In this document: positions 17,367-26,714 of the stretch, one piece after another
How the letters are laid out: each line of letters opens with the position of its first letter
Numbering within the stretch: the stretch's first letter is position 1
Source: a virus
Taxonomy: Duplodnaviria; Caudoviricetes
Strand: one strand, 5' to 3'
Length of the DNA stretch: 63,349 nt
IMG/VR virus record: IMGVR_UViG_3300044513_002212
Span: 1-63,349 of that record
The notes under the pieces: generated by a model
Databases searched by the model: none
What the model was told of the DNA's origin: nothing
Seen by the model: only the letters and a program-made list of their open reading frames with translations
Made by a program: the position numbers and the translations under genes

Positions 17367-17869
17367 TAGTTATAGATAACTTTTTAGATGCTCCCGATTA
17401 CATCAGGAACCTTGCTTTAACCGAATTTGAGTATACCAAATACGATAAGAATGTGCCTGGTGTACGGAGTAGTAATAGAGCATCTGGGGAGTATGAGACT
17501 GGGATTACAAAAAGGTTTGAGGAAATTTTTAACGCAAAGATAAAATGGAATTGGGATAATGATACGTTTCATTTCCAATCATGTGATGAAGATACAAAGA
17601 CATGGGTTCATAGAGACATTGGATCTCAGTGGGCCGCAGTTTTATACTTAACTCCAGATGCTCCGTTTAAATCTGGAACCTCAATCTATCATAGAGTAGA
17701 TATCAGGGATTATGATGAAGACATTCGCATCGGTAACGTCTATAATAGATTAGTTGCATATAGAGGCGATATAATGTATCATAGAAGTACGATTCCTGGT
17801 TTCGGGAATAGTATAGAAACTAGCAGACTTACACAGGTATTCTTTTTTGACATTGAACCAAATGGATAA
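17351..17869 (+). CDS. 2OG-Fe(II) oxygenase-like (DUF6445-like)
   Basis: IVIDNF, WVHRD, AAVLYLTP, YNRLV, RLTQVFF. Confidence 0.7.
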   Translation: MDRKLIVIDNFLDAPDYIRNLALTEFEYTKYDKNVPGVRSSNRASGEYETGITKRFEEIFNAKIKWNWDNDTFHFQSCDEDTKTWVHRDIGSQWAAVLYLTPDAPFKSGTSIYHRVDIRDYDEDIRIGNVYNRLVAYRGDIMYHRSTIPGFGNSIETSRLTQVFFFDIEPNG

Positions 17870-18689
17870 GAACAAATCAGCATATAAACTGAAGGGGTTT
17901 GGTCCTCTCTATGTCATTAATCTGGACGATCAACCAGAGAGATGGCAATGGATGGAAGAACAACTTAAGTATTGGGAAATCGAAGACTATACTCGTATCT
18001 CTGCTTATGATGGTAGACCTGACGTTGGTAGTGACTTAAGTGAAATTATCCAAGGACGTTATCCAGAACAGGTTTCTTCTGGAGAGATTGGTTGTGTCAC
18101 TTCTCACTTGAAAGCCATCAAACATTTCTATGAAGAAACTGATGCACCATATGCAATCATCATGGAAGATGACTGTGATATTAGTATTGCTAGGTTCTGG
18201 ACATTTACTTGGCGACAGTTTATGTCCAGAGTCCCATATGACTGGGACGTGATTCAAGTCGCCATCATTTGCCCTGGAGAACTGCATGTGAATATTCATC
18301 GCAGATTCATCAATGATTTCTCCACGGCATGTTATGTTATCACTCGACATCATGCCAAGAAACTGATCGATCTTCACTGTAAGGGAGATAAGTATCGTCT
18401 TGACAATGGTGTCAAACCACGCCCTGTTGCAGATGATCTCATCTATAATTCGGGTGCCTCTTATGCCTGCCCTATCTTCCTGTATAAGATTGAACTGGGT
18501 TCTAGTATCCATCCAGAACACATTGAGATCTTCCACAGGGGTAGCCACAATGGTCTGAGAGAACTTTGGGAGACCCGAGGTTCGGATATCACTATCGATA
18601 TGATTTCTGATTTCGATCCATACTTGGGTCGTGTCGCGGGAAGAGACCAGGTTCAACAAAAAGAACTTGAATCTCCAGCGATGGCTTGA
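17862..18689 (+). CDS. Glycosyltransferase family 25 (LPS biosynthesis-like)
   Basis: YVINLD..PER, GEIGCVTSH, IMEDD. Confidence 0.82.
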   Translation: MDKNKSAYKLKGFGPLYVINLDDQPERWQWMEEQLKYWEIEDYTRISAYDGRPDVGSDLSEIIQGRYPEQVSSGEIGCVTSHLKAIKHFYEETDAPYAIIMEDDCDISIARFWTFTWRQFMSRVPYDWDVIQVAIICPGELHVNIHRRFINDFSTACYVITRHHAKKLIDLHCKGDKYRLDNGVKPRPVADDLIYNSGASYACPIFLYKIELGSSIHPEHIEIFHRGSHNGLRELWETRGSDITIDMISDFDPYLGRVAGRDQVQQKELESPAMA

Positions 18690-18719
18690 CAATCCTAAAG
18701 AAATAAAGTAGTATAAATA
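18686..18719 (+). promoter_or_regulatory. Overlapping sigma70 promoter and T4 late promoter
   Basis: TTGACA-17-TAGTAT, plus TATAAATA at 18712-18719. Confidence 0.65.
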
Positions 18720-18783
18720 AATGGACGTAACCAATGTTACGTTTTACAACAAACGAAAGCCTCAACTACTCGCAGACGTTTTG

Positions 18784-18812
18784 TTGACACCGCCACCAAA
18801 AAGTGGTATTCT
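18784..18812 (+). promoter_or_regulatory. sigma70-like promoter
   Basis: TTGACA-17-TATTCT. Confidence 0.6.
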
Positions 18813-18890
18813 TATATCGCGATCGGGAAGTCGAATCCGATCCATCATCTGTGGGTAACCATTCCACAAGTAAAATTACGAGGAATTCAA

Positions 18891-19262
18891 ATGTTTAAAT
18901 CTGTTCTCGCAGCTGCCGCTGCTGCACCTTTCATGGCGACCGCTGCTTTTGCAGGTCCCTACGTCAATGTTGAAGCCAACTCTGGTTTCACTGGCTCTAA
19001 CTACAGCGGTACTAACACCGACCTCCACGTTGGCTACGAAGGCGCTCTGGGTGAGTCCGCCGGCTATTACGTTCAGGCAGGTGCCACCGTTGTTTCTCCT
19101 GATGCTGGTGATGTTGACACCGTTCCTTCTGGTAAGGCAGGTATCTCCGCAGGTCTGACCGACTCCCTCACCGCTTACGGTGAAGTCTCCTTTGTCGGTT
19201 CTGGCGTTGCTGGTGTTGACCGTTCTTACGGAACCAAGGCTGGTCTGAAGTACTCCTTCTGA
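18891..19262 (+). CDS. Small outer-membrane beta-barrel-like protein
   Basis: Ala-rich signal peptide (AFA), alternating beta-strand pattern, C-terminal GLKYSF beta-signal; GAGGA RBS. Confidence 0.72.
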   Translation: MFKSVLAAAAAAPFMATAAFAGPYVNVEANSGFTGSNYSGTNTDLHVGYEGALGESAGYYVQAGATVVSPDAGDVDTVPSGKAGISAGLTDSLTAYGEVSFVGSGVAGVDRSYGTKAGLKYSF

Positions 19263-19301
19263 TCTACTGACCTAGACAACTAAACATCTAGATGTTATAC
19301 T

Positions 19302-19327
19302 GGGGGTGCGACGGCACCCCTTTTTTT
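19302..19327 (+). terminator. Rho-independent terminator
   Basis: GGGGTGC-GACG-GCACCCC followed by T7. Confidence 0.85.
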
Positions 19328-19531
19328 ATGGATTTAAAAAAGAACTTCAAGTGTTGTGTTGCTAGTCCCGTATGTCATTTTGTGGCAATTACGGTGGGAT
19401 TTCTTGCAATGGTTCAAACAATTCATCTCCATGCACATAAGACTATGGAGTTGGATACTGATTCATATGTTCATAACTTTTGCAAAAAGAATTTAGAAGA
19501 GTGTAAGAGAATTATTCGCCACATCGACTAA
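19328..19531 (+). CDS. Hypothetical membrane protein
   Basis: ATG after the terminator, hydrophobic segment. Confidence 0.6.
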   Translation: MDLKKNFKCCVASPVCHFVAITVGFLAMVQTIHLHAHKTMELDTDSYVHNFCKKNLEECKRIIRHID

Positions 19532-20115
19532 TGCAGTTCATCTACGTTCGCGATAATGTCCTCTCGCATATTGAATGTGAGAGGGTTATAAAATGGTTTG
19601 AGATGCACCCAGAAAAGCATACTGCTGGAGTTGCTTGGGGTGGCGAAGTAGATCAATCACATAAACAATCTACGGATTGGACTAAAGATTTTAGAGATGA
19701 AGATCCAGTAGATCAATTACTTCAGGAAGTTCTAGTACATCATACAAAGGAATACCACGAGGAAGTAAAGGGAATCAATTACGTTTCTAGTTCTTGGGAT
19801 CTAGATCCTTACTACAATATTCAGAAGTATGCTCCTGGTGGGGGATTTAAAAATTGGCATCATGAACATGGAAACTTTAATGAGTTTCCTCATTCTGATG
19901 CATGTAAGAGGATACTTGCTTGGATGATTTACTTAAATGATGTCCCAGATGGCGGTACTCAATTTCTAGACCAAGAAACTACACTAAAAGCAGTCGAAGG
20001 TAGGGTAGTTATTTGGCCTGCGTATTGGACGCATACCCATAGAAGTCAGGTTTCCAACACACAAACGAAGTATATCGCAACAGGATGGTATAACTTTGAT
20101 GTTCCTGAGTTATAA
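19531..20115 (+). CDS. 2OG-Fe(II) oxygenase (prolyl-4-hydroxylase-like)
   Basis: WHHE, WMIYLNDV.DGGT.F, WPAYWTHTHR, KYIATGW. Confidence 0.85.
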   Translation: MQFIYVRDNVLSHIECERVIKWFEMHPEKHTAGVAWGGEVDQSHKQSTDWTKDFRDEDPVDQLLQEVLVHHTKEYHEEVKGINYVSSSWDLDPYYNIQKYAPGGGFKNWHHEHGNFNEFPHSDACKRILAWMIYLNDVPDGGTQFLDQETTLKAVEGRVVIWPAYWTHTHRSQVSNTQTKYIATGWYNFDVPEL

Positions 20116-20141
20116 CTAGTAAAGAATACTCATTTAGAACA

Positions 20142-20297
20142 ATGCCTAGGGGACCTGTGGACAAGAACGTATTGCTTGCCCATATCTATAACTTGAAACA
20201 CCAGCTGGACCACGAGGAAATTCCTAATGGGGAAAAGTGGAAAGCCCACCAGTACTTATCTAAAGTATTAGATAAACTGATGGAATTTGGTTATTAA
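20142..20297 (+). CDS. Hypothetical protein (51 aa, not in the ORF track)
   Basis: MPRGPVDKNVLLAHIYNLKHQL...EFGY. Confidence 0.55.
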   Translation: MPRGPVDKNVLLAHIYNLKHQLDHEEIPNGEKWKAHQYLSKVLDKLMEFGY

Positions 20298-20368
20298 TAT
20301 AACAAAAATACGGTTGACAAAAGTTGTAACAATACTATATAATTATAGTTGTAAATCTTAATAAACCA

Positions 20369-20587
20369 ATGACCGTTACCAAAAATGAGTTTGGGCAAAT
20401 GAATATGTTTGCCAAAGAACCCACGATGTATATGACCAAAGAAGACATGGATCGCTATGGTTTCGAACCATATGCTGAACGTGCTGAGCGTATGAACGGT
20501 CGTTGGGCAATGATGGGATTTGCTGCAGCAGTGATTTCTTATGCCACATCTGGTAGTCTGTTCTTCTTCGGACTCTTCGGAATCTGA
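20369..20587 (+). CDS. hli: High-light inducible protein
   Basis: AERMNGRWAMMGF chlorophyll-binding motif. Confidence 0.93.
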   Translation: MTVTKNEFGQMNMFAKEPTMYMTKEDMDRYGFEPYAERAERMNGRWAMMGFAAAVISYATSGSLFFFGLFGI

Positions 20588-20595
20588 TCTTGACA

Positions 20596-20682
20596 ATGAC
20601 ACAGATTTTATTTACAATTACAAGTGTTGCCTTCTTCGTTTTGTTGGCATACTCTGTAGAAAAACTATCTGAAACTTATTAA
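20596..20682 (+). CDS. Small hydrophobic peptide (28 aa)
   Basis: [28 protein letters not shown]; TAATG coupling to petF. Confidence 0.5.
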   Translation: MTQILFTITSVAFFVLLAYSVEKLSETY

Positions 20683-20975
20683 TGACTACCTATAACATTA
20701 CTCTCAAGAGTGCCGACGGTGAAACCACCATCACTTGTGAGGATGATCAGTACATTCTTGACGCCGCTGAGGAAGCTGGAGTAGACATGAACTATTCCTG
20801 TCGTGCAGGAGCATGTTCTTCTTGCGCTGGTAAAATTGTCAGTGGCACTGTTGACCAAGGTGATCAGTCTTTTCTCGATGATGACCAGATTGAAGCTGGA
20901 TTTGTTCTGACCTGTGTCGCATATCCTACTAGTGATGTAACTCTCTCGACTGATCAAGAAGACGCACTGTATTGA
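20682..20975 (+). CDS. petF: Plant-type [2Fe-2S] ferredoxin
   Basis: [14 protein letters not shown]...VLTCVAYP. Confidence 0.96.
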   Translation: MTTYNITLKSADGETTITCEDDQYILDAAEEAGVDMNYSCRAGACSSCAGKIVSGTVDQGDQSFLDDDQIEAGFVLTCVAYPTSDVTLSTDQEDALY

Positions 20976-20979
20976 TATC

Positions 20980-21132
20980 ATGTCTGATGAAAACGCTCTC
21001 TGGGAAGACATGAGAAAACTCAATGCCCTATACGAAGAACTTTGTTGGGGGCACGATGACGAACTAGTTTTCACTCATGATGGTGAAGAAATCATTATCT
21101 ACAACAAAACAAAAAAGGAGAATGAACAATGA
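20980..21132 (+). CDS. Hypothetical protein (50 aa)
   Basis: MSDENALWEDMRKLNALYEELCW...; overlaps the next hli start. Confidence 0.55.
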   Translation: MSDENALWEDMRKLNALYEELCWGHDDELVFTHDGEEIIIYNKTKKENEQ

Positions 21133-21236
21133 ACGAAAAAGCAGAACGCATTAATGGTTGGGCAGCAATGATCGGTATCATTGCTGCAATGGGATCCTAT
21201 GCAACCACTGGACAATTGATTCCTGGTATCTGGTGA
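21129..21236 (+). CDS. hli: High-light inducible protein (35 aa, not in the ORF track)
   Basis: MNEKAERINGWAAMIGIIAAMGSYATTGQLIPGIW; GGAG RBS. Confidence 0.92.
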   Translation: MNEKAERINGWAAMIGIIAAMGSYATTGQLIPGIW

Positions 21237-21361
21237 TGCTTTTGTTATCAGTCATGATGCTGGGGACATGGATTTTGATTAGTGCTCTTGGCAGTAATGA
21301 TGTTGACGATGACGATGACATGGATGGGGGAATGATGATCCCTGCTTACAACCCAATCTAA
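21236..21361 (+). CDS. Small membrane protein with acidic tail
   Basis: MLLLSVMMLGTWILISALG...DDDDDMDGGMMIP; TGATG coupling. Confidence 0.6.
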   Translation: MLLLSVMMLGTWILISALGSNDVDDDDDMDGGMMIPAYNPI

Positions 21362-21411
21362 ATATTTCAAGGAAGTCAGAAGAGATTCTGACTTTTTTTG
21401 TGTCTGATTTT

Positions 21412-22680
21412 ATGAAAGTAGCTGTAGTCGGAAGTGGAACAGGCGGATTGGTTTCCGCAATGGTCATGTGCTCAAGATCTCCTGTAGATTTGCAGGTCGA
21501 TCTAATACATGATCCAAATTCTCCTATCATTGGTGTGGGGGAGAGTCTTTCGCATGACTTTGTTCAGTTACTAAGGGGATCTCTACAGTTCCAATTTCCT
21601 TTTGACATGAAGGAAATAAATGCCACAACCAAACATGGTGTTGCCCTTGTGGACTGGTGTGAGACTCAGAACTTTCCCGAGAGCCTCAATGGATATCTGT
21701 CTCTGTCGTGTCAAGGAGTACACGCTGACACATATTCATGGAGACCATTTGTACTTCCAAGATTGAAACATTATTGGGGACACAAGTTCAAAGAAGTCCA
21801 CGGTGTTGTTAAAAATATCTGGCAGGATTCCTCTGGTGCTTACGTGTCTCTTGGGGATGAAGTTCTCAAATACAATTACGTCATAGACTGTAGGGGTATA
21901 CCGCAGGAACTTGATGATACATATGAGAGCCCAGAATCGATTGTAATCAATTCTGTTATCATAAACGTCTGTGATAAACCAGGGGATTGGGAATGGACCT
22001 ATCACATTGCCCATCCAAATGGTTGGATGTTTGGTATACCAGTCAGTAACAGGAGCAGTTGGGGATACCTATACAATAATAAGGTCACCACTGAAGAGGA
22101 AGCAATAAAAGATTCGCATAGATTCTTGCGGGAACATAGAATTCCCAGATCCCACATTGATTATGATAAGTTGAGGGACAATGTAAAATCATTTTCTTGG
22201 CCTCATTACCACTCCAAAAAATTTGTTGACGGTAAAATTTTAAGGAATGGAAATGCCCTCTATACATATGAACCTCTTCATGGATATGGAGTTCCTTTGT
22301 ATACAACTCTTGCTACCATGGCGATAGATTATTTTAACTATGATCTAGAAGAAGATGAGTTGAATGATCAGTATCGAAAGTATCTACATTCATTCCGAGA
22401 CTTCATTGCTTTCCATTATCACAGAGGAAGTATTCACAAGACTCCTTTCTGGGACTGGGCTTCTGAAGTATCCATGAACCAAGTTCAAGGATCTGAGTTT
22501 ATGAAAATCTGCATGTCCAAAGACTTTACTTTGGAGGGAGCGGTACAGATGGACGACACTTGGACTACATCTCCCATCGCTCACCCAATGTTTATCTGGG
22601 AACTCGATGCCGTGTTTGACTTTGGGTACTTCGAACACATGCCTGGACTCGCACATAAGTGTACCCAATGTATTCTATAA
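21412..22680 (+). CDS. Flavin-dependent tryptophan halogenase-like protein
   Basis: GSGTGG, IGVGES, IDCRG, GWMFGIP, YEPLHGYG. Confidence 0.78.
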   Translation: MKVAVVGSGTGGLVSAMVMCSRSPVDLQVDLIHDPNSPIIGVGESLSHDFVQLLRGSLQFQFPFDMKEINATTKHGVALVDWCETQNFPESLNGYLSLSCQGVHADTYSWRPFVLPRLKHYWGHKFKEVHGVVKNIWQDSSGAYVSLGDEVLKYNYVIDCRGIPQELDDTYESPESIVINSVIINVCDKPGDWEWTYHIAHPNGWMFGIPVSNRSSWGYLYNNKVTTEEEAIKDSHRFLREHRIPRSHIDYDKLRDNVKSFSWPHYHSKKFVDGKILRNGNALYTYEPLHGYGVPLYTTLATMAIDYFNYDLEEDELNDQYRKYLHSFRDFIAFHYHRGSIHKTPFWDWASEVSMNQVQGSEFMKICMSKDFTLEGAVQMDDTWTTSPIAHPMFIWELDAVFDFGYFEHMPGLAHKCTQCIL

Positions 22681-22793
22681 GAAACTCAAATCCCCAAAAC
22701 TCAGTGCTTGACAAGAATATGGGTTCGGGTTATACTAAATAAGTCAACGGGTTAAGAAACGTAAAGTTTGTTAATCACTTGTAACACCCCAAA

Positions 22794-22890
22794 CCGAGAC
22801 CTATAGGGTGTATAAATCACGTCTCTCATATCCTCGCTAAGGGTGCGAGGAGCATAGTATCTCCACCATTTCCCTGATGGTCTTACTACC
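22794..22890 (+). ncRNA. PhotoRC-II-like RNA motif in the psbA leader
   Basis: GAGAC/GTCTC, CCTCGC/GCGAGG, AGTA..ACCAT/ATGGT..TACT stems directly upstream of psbA. Confidence 0.75.
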
Positions 22891-22901
22891 TGCTTAAAAC
22901 A

Positions 22902-23981
22902 ATGGCTGCTACACTTTCACGTCAAAAACAATCGAATACTTGGGAACAGTTTTGCAACTGGGTAACCAGCACTGACAATCGTCTGTATGTTGGTTGGTTC
23001 GGGGTCCTCATGATTCCTTGCCTACTTGCTGCTACTATCTGTTTCATCGTCGCTTTCGTCGCTGCTCCCCCTGTGGACATTGACGGTATCCGTGAACCCG
23101 TCGCTGGTTCTCTCATGTACGGAAACAACATCATCTCTGGTGCTGTTATCCCCTCTTCTAACGCAATCGGTCTTCACTTCTATCCCATCTGGGAAGCAGC
23201 CTCTCTCGATGAGTGGCTCTACAACGGTGGTCCTTTCCAACTCGTTGTCTTCCACTTCCTGATTGGTATTTACGCCTACATGGGTCGTGAGTGGGAACTT
23301 TCTTACCGTCTTGGTATGCGTCCCTGGATCTGTGTTGCATATTCTGCTCCAGTCGCTGCTGCGAGTGCAGTGTTCCTTGTCTATCCTTTCGGTCAAGGTT
23401 CCTTCTCTGATGCGATGCCACTGGGTATCTCGGGTACTTTCAACTACATGCTTGTCTTCCAGGCAGAACACAACATTCTGATGCACCCCTTCCACATGCT
23501 GGGTGTCGCAGGTGTCTTCGGTGGTTCTCTGTTCAGTGCAATGCACGGTTCGCTGGTTACTTCCTCGCTGGTTCGTGAAACCACTGAGTCTGAGTCCCAG
23601 AACTATGGTTACAAGTTCGGTCAAGAAGAAGAGACTTACAACATCGTTGCCGCTCATGGTTACTTTGGTCGTCTGATCTTCCAATACGCTTCCTTCAACA
23701 ACTCCCGTTCGCTGCACTTCTTCCTCGCAGCATGGCCTGTTGTCGGTATCTGGTTCACTGCTCTTGGTGTTAGCACCATGGCATTCAACCTGAACGGATT
23801 CAACTTCAACCAGTCTGTGATTGATTCGCAGGGTCGTGTTATCAACACCTGGGCTGACGTTCTGAACCGTGCTGGTCTGGGTATGGAGGTAATGCACGAG
23901 CGCAATGCTCACAACTTCCCTCTTGACCTTGCTGCTGCAGAGTCTACTCCTGTTGCACTCACCGCACCTGCAATCGGTTGA
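22902..23981 (+). CDS. psbA: Photosystem II D1 protein
   Basis: [14 protein letters not shown]...[13 protein letters not shown]; no intron. Confidence 0.99.
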   Translation: MAATLSRQKQSNTWEQFCNWVTSTDNRLYVGWFGVLMIPCLLAATICFIVAFVAAPPVDIDGIREPVAGSLMYGNNIISGAVIPSSNAIGLHFYPIWEAASLDEWLYNGGPFQLVVFHFLIGIYAYMGREWELSYRLGMRPWICVAYSAPVAAASAVFLVYPFGQGSFSDAMPLGISGTFNYMLVFQAEHNILMHPFHMLGVAGVFGGSLFSAMHGSLVTSSLVRETTESESQNYGYKFGQEEETYNIVAAHGYFGRLIFQYASFNNSRSLHFFLAAWPVVGIWFTALGVSTMAFNLNGFNFNQSVIDSQGRVINTWADVLNRAGLGMEVMHERNAHNFPLDLAAAESTPVALTAPAIG

Positions 23982-24006
23982 TTTAAAATTAAATAAGTGA
24001 TAAAAT

Positions 24007-24031
24007 GGGAGGGTTCACACCCTCCTTTTTT
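24007..24031 (+). terminator. Rho-independent terminator
   Basis: GGAGGGT-TCAC-ACCCTCC followed by T6. Confidence 0.8.
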
Positions 24032-24032
24032 A

Positions 24033-24215
24033 ATGGCAAGAATTAGAGATCCACTCAAGTATGGTTTCTATGGTGTCGATTATGTTCTCTGGGGTAAAGA
24101 TAGAGTTGCTTGTTACTTTGACATGACTTCTGCACAGGAAGGAATGATGTCCATGATTAAACGTGGAGTTGATGTTAAAGGGATGAGAGAAATAAAAATT
24201 GACGCTCGTGACTAA
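24033..24215 (+). CDS. Hypothetical protein
   Basis: ATG after the terminator. Confidence 0.55.
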   Translation: MARIRDPLKYGFYGVDYVLWGKDRVACYFDMTSAQEGMMSMIKRGVDVKGMREIKIDARD

Positions 24216-24254
24216 AATCTGTTATAATGTGAGGGTCGAATAGACCTTCTTTTT

Positions 24255-24581
24255 ATGCACGGAAGACTAGATCCAGAAGAACACGTTATGGAAGATACAA
24301 TGACAGATCCTGCCCGAGAATGGCCTAATCCCTGGTTAGGTCAGTTAGGTGTTGCCATTGCGGACTTGGAATGGGAAGCGGGAGATGACATCCACGTAGA
24401 GATTGGCGGTATGTCGGTCTATGGGATTGAAGGTGACGGTAGTAAATGGGCACCAATTAAGGGAACTGTTAAATATAACAAGGATGCTTTCATTGTAATT
24501 AAGAATCGCAGCCGTAGTCCTTTCACTCCTTCACAACCAAACCCCGAGTTGAAGCAAGCACATCCACAAGAAAACAAATAA
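24255..24581 (+). CDS. Hypothetical cyanophage protein
   Basis: 108 aa ORF downstream of a promoter. Confidence 0.65.
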   Translation: MHGRLDPEEHVMEDTMTDPAREWPNPWLGQLGVAIADLEWEAGDDIHVEIGGMSVYGIEGDGSKWAPIKGTVKYNKDAFIVIKNRSRSPFTPSQPNPELKQAHPQENK

Positions 24582-24593
24582 ACGATTTCGGTA

Positions 24594-24815
24594 ATGCTTA
24601 GTTTCTGGATTCACTTGACAGCATTCTTCCAAGTTGTCGTTATGAATTGCATTCAACCAGTCAACTGGAAGTATTGTTATCGCGTTGACCAGTGGTTGAT
24701 TCCAGATCTTGTAGAAGGATATGAGATCTGGACCCAACAAAAGCATCCTTATCAAAACGAAAAGGACTACCTGAACAGTGTACAGGGAACCACATCTACA
24801 GAAGAAGAGCAATAA
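24594..24815 (+). CDS. Hypothetical protein
   Basis: ORF in the co-oriented gene run. Confidence 0.6.
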   Translation: MLSFWIHLTAFFQVVVMNCIQPVNWKYCYRVDQWLIPDLVEGYEIWTQQKHPYQNEKDYLNSVQGTTSTEEEQ

Positions 24816-25008
24816 GTGTGCCAAGATCTGGCACGAATGGTATGATGTAAAGTACGTTTTGAAAGATAAAGAAAAGGCAAAGGACTTAAGAAAACAGTGG
24901 TGTGACTGTGCTTCTGAACTTGGAAGACTTGTAAGTGATGAAGTCAAAACAAACCCACGTTATAACGATATAGAATTGTTCCCTGGCAAAAGTGAACCGC
25001 CTAGATAA
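24778..25008 (+). CDS. Hypothetical protein
   Basis: ORF in the co-oriented gene run. Confidence 0.55.
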   Translation: MYREPHLQKKSNKCAKIWHEWYDVKYVLKDKEKAKDLRKQWCDCASELGRLVSDEVKTNPRYNDIELFPGKSEPPR

Positions 25009-25027
25009 TACTAGTTGCAAATACCTA

Positions 25028-25351
25028 ATGAGATTTCTTTTTGCACTTCTTGCTACAATTCTTTTCGCTGCTCCCGCATGGGCTGTGGATGTTCAAATGG
25101 GTGCCAATGGTAACCTAGTCTTTGAACCTGCCGAGGTGTCCATCGCTGCTGGCGAATCAGTCCACTTCATTAACAACATGCTCCCTCCTCACAACGTAGT
25201 TGTAGAGGATCACCCTGAACTCTCTCACGAAGCACTGGCAATGTTACCAGGTGAAGACTTTGAGGTTGCATTCCCAGAACCAGGAGATTATACTTACTGG
25301 TGTGCCCCACATAAAGGTGCGGGTATGATCGGAACAGTACACGTATCGTAA
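25028..25351 (+). CDS. petE: Plastocyanin
   Basis: Signal peptide; PHNVV, YWCAPHKGAGM copper ligands. Confidence 0.95.
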   Translation: MRFLFALLATILFAAPAWAVDVQMGANGNLVFEPAEVSIAAGESVHFINNMLPPHNVVVEDHPELSHEALAMLPGEDFEVAFPEPGDYTYWCAPHKGAGMIGTVHVS

Positions 25352-25461
25352 TGCATCACTTAGGACACATGATTGTTTGTTGTATCATCGGTTTAGGCGC
25401 AGGTGCCCTAGGTGTCTGGGCTTACAATAAAATTAAAGATTCTAAAAATCACAACCCGTGA
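25351..25461 (+). CDS. Small membrane peptide (36 aa)
   Basis: MHHLGHMIVCCIIGLGAGALGVWAYNK; TAATG coupling. Confidence 0.5.
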   Translation: MHHLGHMIVCCIIGLGAGALGVWAYNKIKDSKNHNP

Positions 25462-25619
25462 TTAGTTCACATACTCCCGATAAGTTGAGGTCGATTATCC
25501 ATGATACTTGGCCTCAACTTTTTTATCTAAAAAGGGAACCAGTAGGTATTGTTTCCCATTGACAAGTTTTGTTAACTTGTGTAAACTAAATAAGAGAAGT
25601 AAATTCGTGAGGTAACTTT

Positions 25620-26681
25620 TTGGCTTCATCCACTCTATCAATTCCACAACAAAAAGGAGGTTGGTTCGATGTCCTCGATGATTGGCTTAAGCGTGATCGG
25701 TTTGTTTTTGTCGGTTGGTCTGGCCTTCTCCTTTTCCCTACAGCTTATCTCGCTCTTGGCGGTTGGCTTACAGGAACCACCTTTGCTACCAGTTGGTACA
25801 CCCACGGCATTGCGAGTTCATATCTTGAGGGGTGTAACTTTCTTACTGCTGCTGTTTCTACTCCTGCTGATGCTCTCGGACATTCTCTCCTACTCCTATG
25901 GGGTCCTGAAGCTCAGGGAGATTTCGTCCGCTGGGTCCAACTTGGGGGACTCTGGCCTTTTGTGGCGCTCCACGGAGCCTTCGCTCTTATAGGTTTTATG
26001 CTTCGGCAGTTTGAGATCGCACGTCTAGTCGGTATCCGTCCTTACAATGCAATTGCTTTTAGTGGTCCTATTGCTGTATTTGTTTCTGTTTTTCTCATGT
26101 ACCCTCTGGGACAGTCGTCGTGGTTCTTCGCGCCGTCGTTCGGGGTCGCAGCGATCTTCCGCTTCCTCCTCTTCCTCCAAGGGTTCCACAACTGGACGCT
26201 GAATCCTTTTCACATGATGGGTGTCGCAGGTATCCTTGGTGGTGCTCTGCTCTGTGCAATCCATGGTGCTACTGTAGAAAATACACTTTATGAAGACAGT
26301 GATCAATCAAATACTTTCAAGGCATTCGAGCCTACTCAAGAAGAAGAGACTTACTCGATGGTCACGGCTAATCGTTTCTGGTCTCAAATCTTTGGTATTG
26401 CGTTTAGCAATAAGCGTTGGCTCCACTTCTTTATGTTGTTTGTTCCTGTTATGGGTCTTTGGACAAGTTCCATCGGTATTATTGGTCTTGCTCTCAACCT
26501 TCGTGCTTATGACTTTGTTTCACAAGAGATCAGAGCAGCAGAAGATCCAGAGTTCGAGACGTTCTATACCAAGAACATCCTATTGAATGAAGGTCTACGT
26601 GCTTGGATGGCACCAGTGGATCAACCACATGAAAACTTTGTATTTCCTGAAGAAGTATTGCCAAGAGGCAACGCACTGTGA
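25620..26681 (+). CDS. psbD: Photosystem II D2 protein
   Basis: [14 protein letters not shown]...[10 protein letters not shown]; TTG start with GAGG RBS. Confidence 0.99.
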   Translation: MASSTLSIPQQKGGWFDVLDDWLKRDRFVFVGWSGLLLFPTAYLALGGWLTGTTFATSWYTHGIASSYLEGCNFLTAAVSTPADALGHSLLLLWGPEAQGDFVRWVQLGGLWPFVALHGAFALIGFMLRQFEIARLVGIRPYNAIAFSGPIAVFVSVFLMYPLGQSSWFFAPSFGVAAIFRFLLFLQGFHNWTLNPFHMMGVAGILGGALLCAIHGATVENTLYEDSDQSNTFKAFEPTQEEETYSMVTANRFWSQIFGIAFSNKRWLHFFMLFVPVMGLWTSSIGIIGLALNLRAYDFVSQEIRAAEDPEFETFYTKNILLNEGLRAWMAPVDQPHENFVFPEEVLPRGNAL

Positions 26682-26687
26682 TATACT

Positions 26688-26713
26688 AGGGAGGTCTAAG
26701 GATCTCCTTTTTT
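26688..26713 (+). terminator. Rho-independent terminator
   Basis: GGAGGTC-TAAG-GATCTCC followed by a T-run. Confidence 0.7.
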
Positions 26714-26714
26714 A

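Noticed and set aside
21158-21235. Track ORF 21158-21361 as a single gene
   Set aside because: Its 5' part is off-frame over the 35 aa hli gene (21129-21236); the real start is probably 21236.
23022-23912. 296 aa minus-strand ORF and other long antisense ORFs (18036-18734, 41515-42129, 44393-44950, 50090-50794)
   Set aside because: These are shadows of strongly codon-biased real genes (psbA, GT25, phoH, gp32, gp26) and show no motifs or RBS.
22902-26681. Group I intron or homing endonuclease in psbA/psbD
   Set aside because: Both genes are uninterrupted and of normal length; the only HNH gene is 3 kb downstream.
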